A stretch of 35,547 bases of DNA from contig CAZIFU010000263.1 in NCBI GenBank assembly GCA_964539075.1, positions 1 to 35,547 on the forward strand, given 5' to 3'. Positions 25,962 to 34,262 of the stretch are shown one piece after another. The notes beneath the pieces were generated by a model. That model ran no database searches. It was not told where the DNA came from and saw only the letters and a list, made by a program, of their open reading frames with translations. The position numbers and the translations under genes were made by a program. The stretch's first letter is position 1. Each line of letters starts with the position of its first letter. This stretch comes from an uncultured Verrucomicrobiota bacterium. GTDB taxonomy: Bacteria; Verrucomicrobiota; Verrucomicrobiia; Limisphaerales; CAZIFU01.

Positions 25962-26924
25962 ATGTCCGTCGAAATCCATCCGCAACCGGGCGCGCTGGCG
26001 AAATTTGGCAGCGAGTTTTCCGCGCTCTGGCGGGCGTTGCCGAACAAGGGTCTGTTCTTCGGCCTGCTGGCGGCCTGGCTGGCGCTGTTCCACGTCGCCG
26101 GCAACTCGACGTTTGGTTATTACGACACACCCTCGCTGCTGCGCTGGTTATACCTCGCCTACACCCAGGAGCAGTCGGAGGACGGGCTGGGACTGGTGAT
26201 GCCCGTGGTGGTGCTGGGATTGTTGTGGTGGAAGCGGGGCGAGTTGCTGGCGTTGCCGCGGGGGCTGTGGTGGCCAGGATTGGCCGGGCTGGCGGCGGCG
26301 CTCTTCACGCACGTGGCCGGCTACATGATCCAGCAGCCGCGCGTCTCGGCGGTGGCGTTGCTGACGGGCGTTTATTTCCTCGTCGGCCTGGTGTTCGGAC
26401 GCGCCTGGCTGCGGGCGATTTCTCCCCCTTTCGTGCTGCTGGGATTTTGCGTTCCGGTCAGCTCGTTGATCCAGAGCATTTCGTTTCCGCTGCGGCTGCT
26501 GGCCACCCAAATCACGGCGGGCATCAGCCAGCATGTGCTGGGGATTCACATCGTGCGGGAGGGGACGAAGCTGCTGGACGCCAACGGCACTTATCAATAC
26601 GATGTGGACGTGGCGTGCAGCGGCATCCGCAGTCTGGTGGCCATTTTCGCGCTGGCGCTGATATATGGGTGTATCGCGTTGCGATCGAACCGGCGGCGGG
26701 CGTTGATGGTGGCGGCGGCCTTTCCGCTGGCCATCGCGGGCAATGTGTTCCGGCTGACGAGCATCATCCTCGCGGCGGAGGTGTTCGGGCGCGGGGCGGG
26801 AAACTTTGTGCACGAGCAACTCGGCCTGTTGCCCTACCTGCCGGCCTTTGCGGGCGTGATGTTGCTGGGGCATTGGCTGCGCGAGCGCAAAGCGTCCCTG
26901 CCTCTGGAGGTCGGGCTGGCATGA
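25962..26924 (+). CDS. Exosortase (XrtA/EpsH-like transpeptidase)
   Basis: Polytopic 8-TM protein with the active-site region DVDVACSGIRS and the AGNVFRL (N..R) motif. It starts 6 nt after the stop of the island's second gene. Confidence 0.85.
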   Translation: MSVEIHPQPGALAKFGSEFSALWRALPNKGLFFGLLAAWLALFHVAGNSTFGYYDTPSLLRWLYLAYTQEQSEDGLGLVMPVVVLGLLWWKRGELLALPRGLWWPGLAGLAAALFTHVAGYMIQQPRVSAVALLTGVYFLVGLVFGRAWLRAISPPFVLLGFCVPVSSLIQSISFPLRLLATQITAGISQHVLGIHIVREGTKLLDANGTYQYDVDVACSGIRSLVAIFALALIYGCIALRSNRRRALMVAAAFPLAIAGNVFRLTSIILAAEVFGRGAGNFVHEQLGLLPYLPAFAGVMLLGHWLRERKASLPLEVGLA

Positions 26925-27691
26925 AACAAAAAGAGTGGATCGTGTTGGGCGTCGCGCTGGCGTTGATCGGCGGCGCGGGGGGCCTGCTGCAATATCTCAA
27001 GGCCCATCAGCGGCTCGGCGCGCCCGGCCTGAAGGTGCGCGCGGTGCCCGGTGATAACAAGCTGGCGATCGAGTTGCCGGCACAGTTGCCGGGCTACGAT
27101 GCTAAGGCCATGGAAGCCAGCGCGGCGGAAATTGGCGGGCTGCCGCGCGACACGACCTTCGGCAAAATGCTTTATCGGGCGCCGGACGGTTTTGAAACGC
27201 TGGTCAACGTCGTGTTGATGGGGACCGACCGCACGAGCATCCACAAGCCGCAGTTCTGCTTGAAAAGCCAGGGCTGGGACATTGACCGGAGCGACGCGGC
27301 GACGGTGCCGATGTCCCGTCCGGTCCCGTATGATTTGCCGGTGATGAAGCTGACCACGACGCGGACCGGCAAGCTGGCCGACGGGCGGACGATCACGGTG
27401 CGGGGGGTTTATGTCTATTGGTTCGTGGCCGACCGGTCGCTGACCGCCAGCCATTGGGCGCGGATGTGGCGGATGGCCCGGGAACTGTTTCGCACCGGGG
27501 CGCTGCAACGCTGGGCCTATGTGACCTGTTTTTCCAACTGCCTGCCGGGGCAGGAAGAGGCGCTCTTCAACCGGATGAAACAATTCATGGCCGCCGCGGT
27601 GCCGGAGTTTCAACTGGCGGTGGGCCAGACTCAGGCCGAGGCGCCCGGGCCCGACCCGGTATTGACGGGGTTGCCGCTGCCAATCAAGTAA
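26921..27691 (+). CDS. Exosortase-associated EpsI-family protein
   Basis: ATGA overlap with the exosortase stop, and a GGAGG Shine-Dalgarno. An N-terminal TM anchor is followed by a periplasmic domain. This is the canonical xrt-epsI pairing. Confidence 0.75.
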   Translation: MKQKEWIVLGVALALIGGAGGLLQYLKAHQRLGAPGLKVRAVPGDNKLAIELPAQLPGYDAKAMEASAAEIGGLPRDTTFGKMLYRAPDGFETLVNVVLMGTDRTSIHKPQFCLKSQGWDIDRSDAATVPMSRPVPYDLPVMKLTTTRTGKLADGRTITVRGVYVYWFVADRSLTASHWARMWRMARELFRTGALQRWAYVTCFSNCLPGQEEALFNRMKQFMAAAVPEFQLAVGQTQAEAPGPDPVLTGLPLPIK

Positions 27692-27780
27692 ACGGCCAAT
27701 CGGTCGCCTGAGTACGCCTTGCGGGTCGCCGGGGCAGGGAACATTGAACCCGGGCAGTCAGGCCGACGGAAGCTTGAATC

Positions 27781-29181
27781 ATGTTGCGCCGCCAAAAACA
27801 AATTCGCACGCAGATCCGCCAGATCGTGGACATCTGCATTTTCGGCGTGAGCCTGGGGCTGGCGCATTGGCTGCGATCCATTTCGCGCATCGAGGTTTTT
27901 GGCGGCTCGGCGGAAATCCAGCCTTTTGCCGAGTACGTGTGGCTCTACGCCATCATTCTTCCCTTTGCGCCGCTGTTGCTGGAATCGCAGGGATTCTACA
28001 GCCGCGCGCTGCTGCCCTCGCGCCGCACCACGGCCTGGCAACTCCTCAAGACCTGCGCGCTGGCGGTGATGGGCGTGATCCTGGTGATGTTCATTTTCAA
28101 AATCCAACTGGCGCGTTCGGTCATCATTGTCTTCGGGGTCATCAGTTTCGTGCTCGTGATGCTCAAGGAAGAACTGGTCCGCATCTGGCTGGTTTCCAAA
28201 GTGGGCCAGGCGCAGTTGATGAAGCGGCTCATTGTGATCGGCACGAAGGACGACACCGAGCGGCTGCGGCTCGATCTGGAACGGCTGGCGCCGCATGACA
28301 TGGTCATCCCGGCGCAACTGGACTTGAACGAGTTCCCGCTGGAGAGGCTGGTGGACCTGATGCACGAACATTCCGCCAACGGCGTGATCATCAGCCCGAA
28401 GCGCGTTTTCTTCGAGAAAATCGAACGGGTCATCCAACTTTGCGAGCGGGAAGGGGTGGAGGTCTGGCTGCTGGCCGATTTTTTCAAAACGCAAATTTCC
28501 CTCACGTCGCTGGACGATTTTTTCGGCCGGCCGATGCTGGTGTTTCGTTGCGGGCCGGAGGCCTCGTGGCAGCGGCTGGCCAAGGACGTGCTCGACGTGG
28601 GGGGCGCTTTTCTGCTCGTCGTCCTGTTGACCTTCGTGGTGCCGTTTTTGCCGCTGGTGGCGCTGTGGCTCAAGCTCGGTTCGCCGGGGCCGGTGTTTTT
28701 CCGCCAGCAGCGCAGCGGCTTGAACGGACGGCCCTTCACCATGCTGAAGTTCCGCACCATGGTTTCCAACGCCGAACAACTCAAGCAGGAGCTGGCGATC
28801 TTCAACGAAATGGAAGGGCCGGTCTTCAAATTGACCAACGATCCGCGCGTCACGCCCATTGGCCGCTGCCTGCGCAAGTGGAGCATTGACGAATGGCCGC
28901 AGTTGTTCAACGTGCTGCGCGGCGAGATGAGCCTCGTCGGCCCGCGGCCGCTGCCGGTGGACGAAGTGCAACGGTTCGACGACCCGGCGCACCGGCGCCG
29001 CCTCAGCGTCAAGCCGGGCATCACGTGTTTGTGGCAGGTGAGCGGACGCAACGAGGTGCGGGACTTCAAGGAGTGGGTGCGTCTGGACCTGGAATACATT
29101 GACCACTGGTCCCTGTGGCTTGACATCAAAATCCTCCTGCGCACCATACCGGCGGTCTTCCTCGGCACGGGGGCCAGATAA
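27781..29181 (+). CDS. Exopolysaccharide-priming polyprenyl-phosphate sugar phosphotransferase (WbaP/EpsB 'bacterial sugar transferase' family)
   Basis: N-terminal TM helices and a C-terminal catalytic domain with PGITCLWQVSGRNE and the SLVGPRP motif. Confidence 0.9.
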   Translation: MLRRQKQIRTQIRQIVDICIFGVSLGLAHWLRSISRIEVFGGSAEIQPFAEYVWLYAIILPFAPLLLESQGFYSRALLPSRRTTAWQLLKTCALAVMGVILVMFIFKIQLARSVIIVFGVISFVLVMLKEELVRIWLVSKVGQAQLMKRLIVIGTKDDTERLRLDLERLAPHDMVIPAQLDLNEFPLERLVDLMHEHSANGVIISPKRVFFEKIERVIQLCEREGVEVWLLADFFKTQISLTSLDDFFGRPMLVFRCGPEASWQRLAKDVLDVGGAFLLVVLLTFVVPFLPLVALWLKLGSPGPVFFRQQRSGLNGRPFTMLKFRTMVSNAEQLKQELAIFNEMEGPVFKLTNDPRVTPIGRCLRKWSIDEWPQLFNVLRGEMSLVGPRPLPVDEVQRFDDPAHRRRLSVKPGITCLWQVSGRNEVRDFKEWVRLDLEYIDHWSLWLDIKILLRTIPAVFLGTGAR

Positions 29182-29293
29182 ACCATCATGCCACCGGGCA
29201 ACGCTTCACGCGCAAAGGCTCCCTCCTCCGAGGCGCCGGATGTTCTGGGAAACAGGTCCCGGACGTTCCAATGGAGTCAGAAAGCCCGCGTTG

Positions 29294-29484
29294 AATGACG
29301 AATGACAAAATCCTAATGACGAAAGAATGACGAAGGCCCTCAATGACTAATGAGCGGTTCGCCTAAAAAAATGTTGCGGAGCGCAGCAGGCCGGCATGGG
29401 AGGCAGTTCCCGGCCGGCAGAGGCCATTGGGATTTCGTCATTCGGATTTCTTTCGTCATTCGAGCTTCGTCATTAGTCATTCCC
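29294..29484. repeat. Large inverted array of the 7-mer AATGACG (left arm, 4-5 copies) and CGTCATT (right arm, 4-5 copies) around a GC hairpin, sited in the UXS promoter/leader region
   Basis: gaatgacgaatgacaaaatcctaatgacgaaagaatgacgaaggccctcaatgactaatgag ... tttcgtcattcggatttctttcgtcattcgagcttcgtcattagtcattcc. Confidence 0.6.
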
Positions 29485-29534
29485 GAGTTGAGCCAGTCTG
29501 CCCCTTAAAAATATCGAGCCACCGGCGAGGCATT

Positions 29535-30503
29535 ATGCCTGTGAAAAAAAATCGCCCAAAAAAATCAACCGGCCCCGTTTCCGTGGTGACCGGCGGCGCG
29601 GGCTTTTTAGGATCGCACCTCACCGATCTGTTGCTGTCGCGCGGCCACCAGGTCATCGCGATAGACAATTTCGTCACCGGCAGCGTGGACAACATCGCGC
29701 ACCTGGGCGGCCACCCGCGCTTCCGGTTCATCCAGCAGGACGTGACCGAGTTTATTTTTCTGGAAGAGGCGGTGGATTTCGTCTGGCACTTCGCCTCGCC
29801 CGCCAGTCCGGTGGATTATCTGGAACTGCCGATTCAAACGCTCAAAGTCGGCTCGCTGGGCACGCACAAGGCGCTGGGCCTGGCCAAAAACAAAAAGGCG
29901 CGCTTTCTCCTGGCCTCCACCTCGGAAGTATACGGCGACCCGCTGGTGCATCCGCAAACGGAGGATTACTGGGGCAACGTCAACCCGGTCGGCCCGCGCG
30001 GCTGTTACGACGAATCCAAACGCTTTGCCGAGGCGCTGACGATGGCCTATCACCAGGAACACCGCGTGGCGACCCGCATCGTGCGCATCTTCAACACCTA
30101 CGGCCCCCGGATGCGCCTGCGCGACGGCCGGGTGGTGCCGGCCTTCATGGCGCAGGCGCTCGAGCACCGGCCGCTCACCGTGTTCGGCAACGGGACCCAG
30201 ACGCGGAGCTTTTGTTACTGCTCGGATTTGATCGAAGGCATTTACCGGCTGATGTACAGCGCGACGCATCTGCCCGTGAACATCGGCAATCCGCACGAGC
30301 TGACGATGCTGGAATTTGCGCGGGCGGTGATCCGGGCGACCGGCTCGAAAAGCAAAATCATTTTCAAGCCGCTGCCGCAGGACGATCCGCGGCAGCGCCG
30401 GCCCGACATCACCCGGGCGCGGGCGTTGTTGAAGTGGTCGCCTCAGGTTTCGCTGGCGGAGGGATTGAAGAGGACGATTGCCTATTTCCGGAAAAAAATC
30501 TGA
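29535..30503 (+). CDS. UDP-glucuronate decarboxylase (UDP-xylose synthase) / NAD-dependent epimerase-dehydratase
   Basis: The start was trimmed to ATG 29535 (MPVKKN...). The upstream part of the track ORF is encoded by the repeat element. Motifs [10 protein letters not shown] (Rossmann), STSEVYGDP and the YxxxK region are present. Confidence 0.9.
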   Translation: MPVKKNRPKKSTGPVSVVTGGAGFLGSHLTDLLLSRGHQVIAIDNFVTGSVDNIAHLGGHPRFRFIQQDVTEFIFLEEAVDFVWHFASPASPVDYLELPIQTLKVGSLGTHKALGLAKNKKARFLLASTSEVYGDPLVHPQTEDYWGNVNPVGPRGCYDESKRFAEALTMAYHQEHRVATRIVRIFNTYGPRMRLRDGRVVPAFMAQALEHRPLTVFGNGTQTRSFCYCSDLIEGIYRLMYSATHLPVNIGNPHELTMLEFARAVIRATGSKSKIIFKPLPQDDPRQRRPDITRARALLKWSPQVSLAEGLKRTIAYFRKKI

Positions 30504-30521
30504 GCCGGCCCGCGCCGGCCG
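30504..30521 (+). terminator. GC hairpin (gccggc ccgc gccggc) immediately after the UXS stop; weak T-tract
   Basis: Perfect 6-bp GC stem 1 nt after the TGA stop. A T-rich stretch lies about 25 nt downstream. Confidence 0.3.
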
Positions 30522-30642
30522 TCCGAACCGCAACCGGATTTGATTTTCTGTTTGACCGCCGGGCGGGATTGCAGTAAGCACAAACACCGCTTTCTCACAC
30601 CGTGCGAATTTGGGCTGGCCATAAAGTCGTTTACAGGGGAAA

Positions 30643-32466
30643 GTGTTGTGCGCACCGATGCTGAATTCAAAGTCATTTTTAAGCCTCGATTTCGGGGCCG
30701 GCAGTCTCAAGATGGCGGAGTTTGAAGTGACCGAAGCCGGCTCCCTTCGCCTCAAGCAGTTCGGCGTCAAATCCCTCGGCCAGGAAGGCGCCCAGGACAA
30801 CACGCGCGAAGCGTCCATTCTGCAGGCGATCCGCGAGTTGCTGGCCGAGAAACATTTCACCGCCCGGAACATCAACGTCTGCGCGCCGGGGTTTCACGTC
30901 TTTTCCAAGTTTGTCAAGCTGCCGCCGGTGGACACCTCCAAGGTCACCCAGATCATCCAATACGAGGCCCAGCAAAATGTCCCCTTCCCGCTCGAAGAAG
31001 TGGTGTGGGACTTCCAGATTCTGGGCGCCGCCGCTTCGGGCGAACTGGAAGTGCTGCTCGTTGCCATCAAGGCCGACATCGTGGAAGGGCTGTTTCGCAC
31101 GGCGGAGGCCGCCGGCCTGCGCCTGGAACTGGTGGACGTTTCCCACGCTGCGCTCAACAACGCCTTTCGCTACAATTACGGCGACCTGGACGGCTGCACC
31201 ATGTTGCTGGACATCGGGGCCAAGACCAGCAACCTGTTGTTTTTCGAAAAGGGCAAGGTCTATTCGCGCAGCATCAACATCGGCTCCAACTCCATCACGC
31301 AGGATTTTGCCACCGAATCGCGGCTCTCCTTCGCCGACGCGGAACGGACCAAGACGGAAAAGGGGTTTGTCAGCCTGGGCGGCGCCTACGAGGAGCCGGA
31401 GGATGCGCAGGCGGCGGCGATTTCCAAAATTGCCCGGCAGGTGATGACGCGCCTGCACATCCAGGTCAATCAGACCATCCAATTTTACCGCGGCCAGCAG
31501 GGCGGCTCGGCGCCCGCGCGCCTGTTCCTGGCCGGCGGGGCCTCGATCATGCCCTACACGGCGCAATTTTTCGCCGACAAATTGAGCGTGCCCGTCGAGT
31601 ATTTCAATCCCTTCCGCAGCATTGAAATTGATCCCGCCGTTGCCCTGCCCGAACTGGAGAAGGCGGCCCATTGCTTTGGCGAAGTGGTGGGCCTGGGGCT
31701 GCGCAACCTCGCGCACTGTCCGGTCGAGTTGAACCTGATGCCCAAAAGCTCGATTCAAAAGCAGCAGTTCAGCCAGAAGCAGCCTTATTTCGTCGCCGCC
31801 GTGTTCGCCCTCGTGCTGGTCGTGTTTGCCTACGGGTTGTTTTACAAAAAGCTCGTCGCGGTCAAGCAGTCGACGCTGGAGGATTTGGGCGCGCGTGTGG
31901 ACCCCTTGAAAGTCCAGGAGGCGGCGCTGAAAAAGGCCCAGAACGACTTGAAGAAAACTCAAGGCGAAGCCGACCAATATGTGAGCTGGATCGAGGACCG
32001 GCAGTATTGGCCCGAGTTGTTGACCGAATTGCGCCGCGTCCTCCAGCAGACCGAGCGGAACACTTTTAGACCGGGCCAGCCGACCGGCGTCTGGATTGAA
32101 AACCTCGGCATCCAGACCGACGTTCCCCCGCCCAAAACGGAGGAGGCCAACCCCGAAGAACCGGCGCCCGAAGAACCGGGCACCGCGCAGCCGCACTCCC
32201 GCGTGCCGACGCCCGCGGAAGCGGCCGTCGCGGGCACCAACGAGGTCGCCTATCTCAAGCTCACCTGCCGCGGGGTCAACCTCAATAGCGTATCGCCCTC
32301 GGCCAATTCCGACCTGGCCTTTGCGCTGGCGCGCGAGCTGCAAGCCAGCCCGCTGTTGGACAAGGAGGGCACGCAGCTTACGGGCACGCTCGAGCCGGTG
32401 GAAGACTCCGCCGTGACCTTCAACTTCGGCGTGACTTTGAAATTAAAACGCCCATTGAAATTTTAG
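30643..32466 (+). CDS. Type IV pilus-type assembly protein: PilM (actin-like ATPase fold) fused to a PilN-like TM plus coiled-coil C-terminal region
   Basis: The N-terminus FLSLDFGAGSLKMA is PilM/FtsA-like, spanning about 350 aa. A single TM helix (YFVAAVFALVLVVFAYGLFY) follows, then a coiled-coil and a Pro/Glu-rich tail. GTG start with an AGGGGA Shine-Dalgarno. An alternative ATG is at 30658. Confidence 0.75.
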   Translation: MLCAPMLNSKSFLSLDFGAGSLKMAEFEVTEAGSLRLKQFGVKSLGQEGAQDNTREASILQAIRELLAEKHFTARNINVCAPGFHVFSKFVKLPPVDTSKVTQIIQYEAQQNVPFPLEEVVWDFQILGAAASGELEVLLVAIKADIVEGLFRTAEAAGLRLELVDVSHAALNNAFRYNYGDLDGCTMLLDIGAKTSNLLFFEKGKVYSRSINIGSNSITQDFATESRLSFADAERTKTEKGFVSLGGAYEEPEDAQAAAISKIARQVMTRLHIQVNQTIQFYRGQQGGSAPARLFLAGGASIMPYTAQFFADKLSVPVEYFNPFRSIEIDPAVALPELEKAAHCFGEVVGLGLRNLAHCPVELNLMPKSSIQKQQFSQKQPYFVAAVFALVLVVFAYGLFYKKLVAVKQSTLEDLGARVDPLKVQEAALKKAQNDLKKTQGEADQYVSWIEDRQYWPELLTELRRVLQQTERNTFRPGQPTGVWIENLGIQTDVPPPKTEEANPEEPAPEEPGTAQPHSRVPTPAEAAVAGTNEVAYLKLTCRGVNLNSVSPSANSDLAFALARELQASPLLDKEGTQLTGTLEPVEDSAVTFNFGVTLKLKRPLKF

Positions 32467-32467
32467 C

Positions 32468-33412
32468 ATGCTCTGGCTTAAACGAAATTTGTTCCTGGCG
32501 GGTTGGGGCGTGGTGGCCCTGGGCCTGATGGCGGTGGCCTTCTACTTCCTTTTTTCCGTCCGCTCCCAGCACGACGCCGTCAGCGGGCAACTGAACCAGG
32601 CCACGGTGGAACTCCAGCGTCTTTACCAGTCCGAGCCGTACCCTGAATCCAAAAACGTTCAAGCCATCAAGCAACAGCAGCAGCAGGTCGCCGACTTGCT
32701 GCTGGAAGTCAAAAAACACATCCCGCCGCCGCCGGCGGGCCGGATGGACACCGCCAGCTTCAAGAAGCTGGTGGACGATTCGGTTTTCAAACTCAAACGC
32801 GAGGCGGAGGCGGCCCGGGTGACGCTGCCGCCCGGCTGGGATTTCACCTTCACCGTGCAACGCAAGGCCATGCGCTTCGCCCCGGGCACCATCGAGCCGC
32901 TGGTCGCCCGGTTGGAGGAGATCAAGGCCCTGTGCGCGGTTCTGTTCCAGGCCCGCGTGCCGTCGCTGGACAGCCTGCGCCGCGTGGCCGTGTCGGCCGA
33001 CGAACTGGAAAGTGGTTCGTACGATTACCTCACGCAATCAGTGGTGACCAACCCGCTCACCGGCCTGGTCAGCGTCCCTTATGAGGTGGCGTTCACCGGG
33101 TTCAGCGCCGAACTGGCCACGGTGCTCGATGGGTTGGTGAAAGCGTCGAAGTTTGTCATCGTGAAAAACATCGCCGTCGAACCGGCCCCGGCCGTGACCA
33201 ACCTGCCGCCGGTGGGCGTGGCCGTCCGTTATGTGGCGCCCCCTCCCCCGCCTTCCGACAACCCGGACGAGGAAACCGAGAAACCAGTCCCGGTGTTTCT
33301 CCCACCGGGCGCTCCCGCGGCCAGCAGGAGCGGCCTGATCACCCTCCTCCATCCCCAATTGCTGCACATCACGCTTTTGCTCGACGTGGTCGCTCCGCCG
33401 GCGGTCAAATGA
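32468..33412 (+). CDS. PilO-like pilus assembly protein resembling Akkermansia Amuc_1100 (recollection-based)
   Basis: N-terminal TM anchor and coiled-coil. The segment VPYEVAFTGFSAELATVLDGLVKASKFVIVKNIAVEP parallels the PLEIAFQGD...FTVNSIRIRNE region of Amuc_1100 as I remember it. Pro-rich linker and hydrophobic C-terminal strand. Confidence 0.55.
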   Translation: MLWLKRNLFLAGWGVVALGLMAVAFYFLFSVRSQHDAVSGQLNQATVELQRLYQSEPYPESKNVQAIKQQQQQVADLLLEVKKHIPPPPAGRMDTASFKKLVDDSVFKLKREAEAARVTLPPGWDFTFTVQRKAMRFAPGTIEPLVARLEEIKALCAVLFQARVPSLDSLRRVAVSADELESGSYDYLTQSVVTNPLTGLVSVPYEVAFTGFSAELATVLDGLVKASKFVIVKNIAVEPAPAVTNLPPVGVAVRYVAPPPPPSDNPDEETEKPVPVFLPPGAPAASRSGLITLLHPQLLHITLLLDVVAPPAVK

Positions 33413-34218
33413 TCCAGCGCATGGATTTTATAAAAAGACATTACGAGAAGGTCCTCCTGAGCGTGGTGCTGCTGGGCATGGTCGTGTATGCGGCGCTGTT
33501 GCCGGGGAAAATCAACCAGGAGCATGCAGCGCTCAAAGCCAAGCTCGACAACATCATTCAAGGCCTCAAAAAAGATATGCCGCCGCTGGATTTGAGCCGG
33601 CAGGAGGCGGCCCTCAACAAGCTGCGCAACCCCACCCCGCTCATCATTTCCGGTTCGCACAATCTCTTCAATCCGGTGAAGTGGGTGCAAAAGCCAACCG
33701 GAGAAAGAATCAAGCTGGCCAACCCGGACGACATCGGCATCAAGGCCGTGGTCGTCACCAAAATCACCCCGTTGAAGCTCACGGCTACCTACCAGGGTAT
33801 CAGCGGCGCCGGCAGCCCGGTGCGCTACAAAATTATCCTGCAGGACGAAGCGGCCCCGACGCCCGGCGGCCGCCGTCCCATCTCCCGCACCGTGCGAGAG
33901 GGTGAAAAGAACGACCTCGTTCGTTTGGCCAAGGTCAATGGGCCGCCCGAGGATCCAACTTCACTGGTCCTCGAACTGTTGAAGAGTGCTGAAACGATCG
34001 AGATCGGCAAAGCCAAAACGTTCGAGCGCGTGAACGGTTATGAGGCGGAAATGAAATATGATCTGGAAAACAAACCGTTCCGCAGCCAGCGCGTCAATAT
34101 GAAGGTCACCGTGGACGACGAAATTCATATTATCGTTGATATCAATGAGAAGGGTGTGCTATTCCAAGCCGAATTAAACCGAGAACGGACATTCCGACCA
34201 CTGGCGGCTGCGCCATGA
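33409..34218 (+). CDS. Hypothetical signal-anchored pilus-cluster protein (PilP-like position; Amuc_1099-like by synteny)
   Basis: 4-nt overlap with the upstream gene. N-terminal TM (VLLSVVLLGMVVYAALL). Beta-rich C-terminal domain. Confidence 0.55.
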   Translation: MIQRMDFIKRHYEKVLLSVVLLGMVVYAALLPGKINQEHAALKAKLDNIIQGLKKDMPPLDLSRQEAALNKLRNPTPLIISGSHNLFNPVKWVQKPTGERIKLANPDDIGIKAVVVTKITPLKLTATYQGISGAGSPVRYKIILQDEAAPTPGGRRPISRTVREGEKNDLVRLAKVNGPPEDPTSLVLELLKSAETIEIGKAKTFERVNGYEAEMKYDLENKPFRSQRVNMKVTVDDEIHIIVDINEKGVLFQAELNRERTFRPLAAAP

Positions 34219-34262
34219 CCATTTTCCTTGCCGAGGCCAGCCCACTGAACCGGAGACCAACC

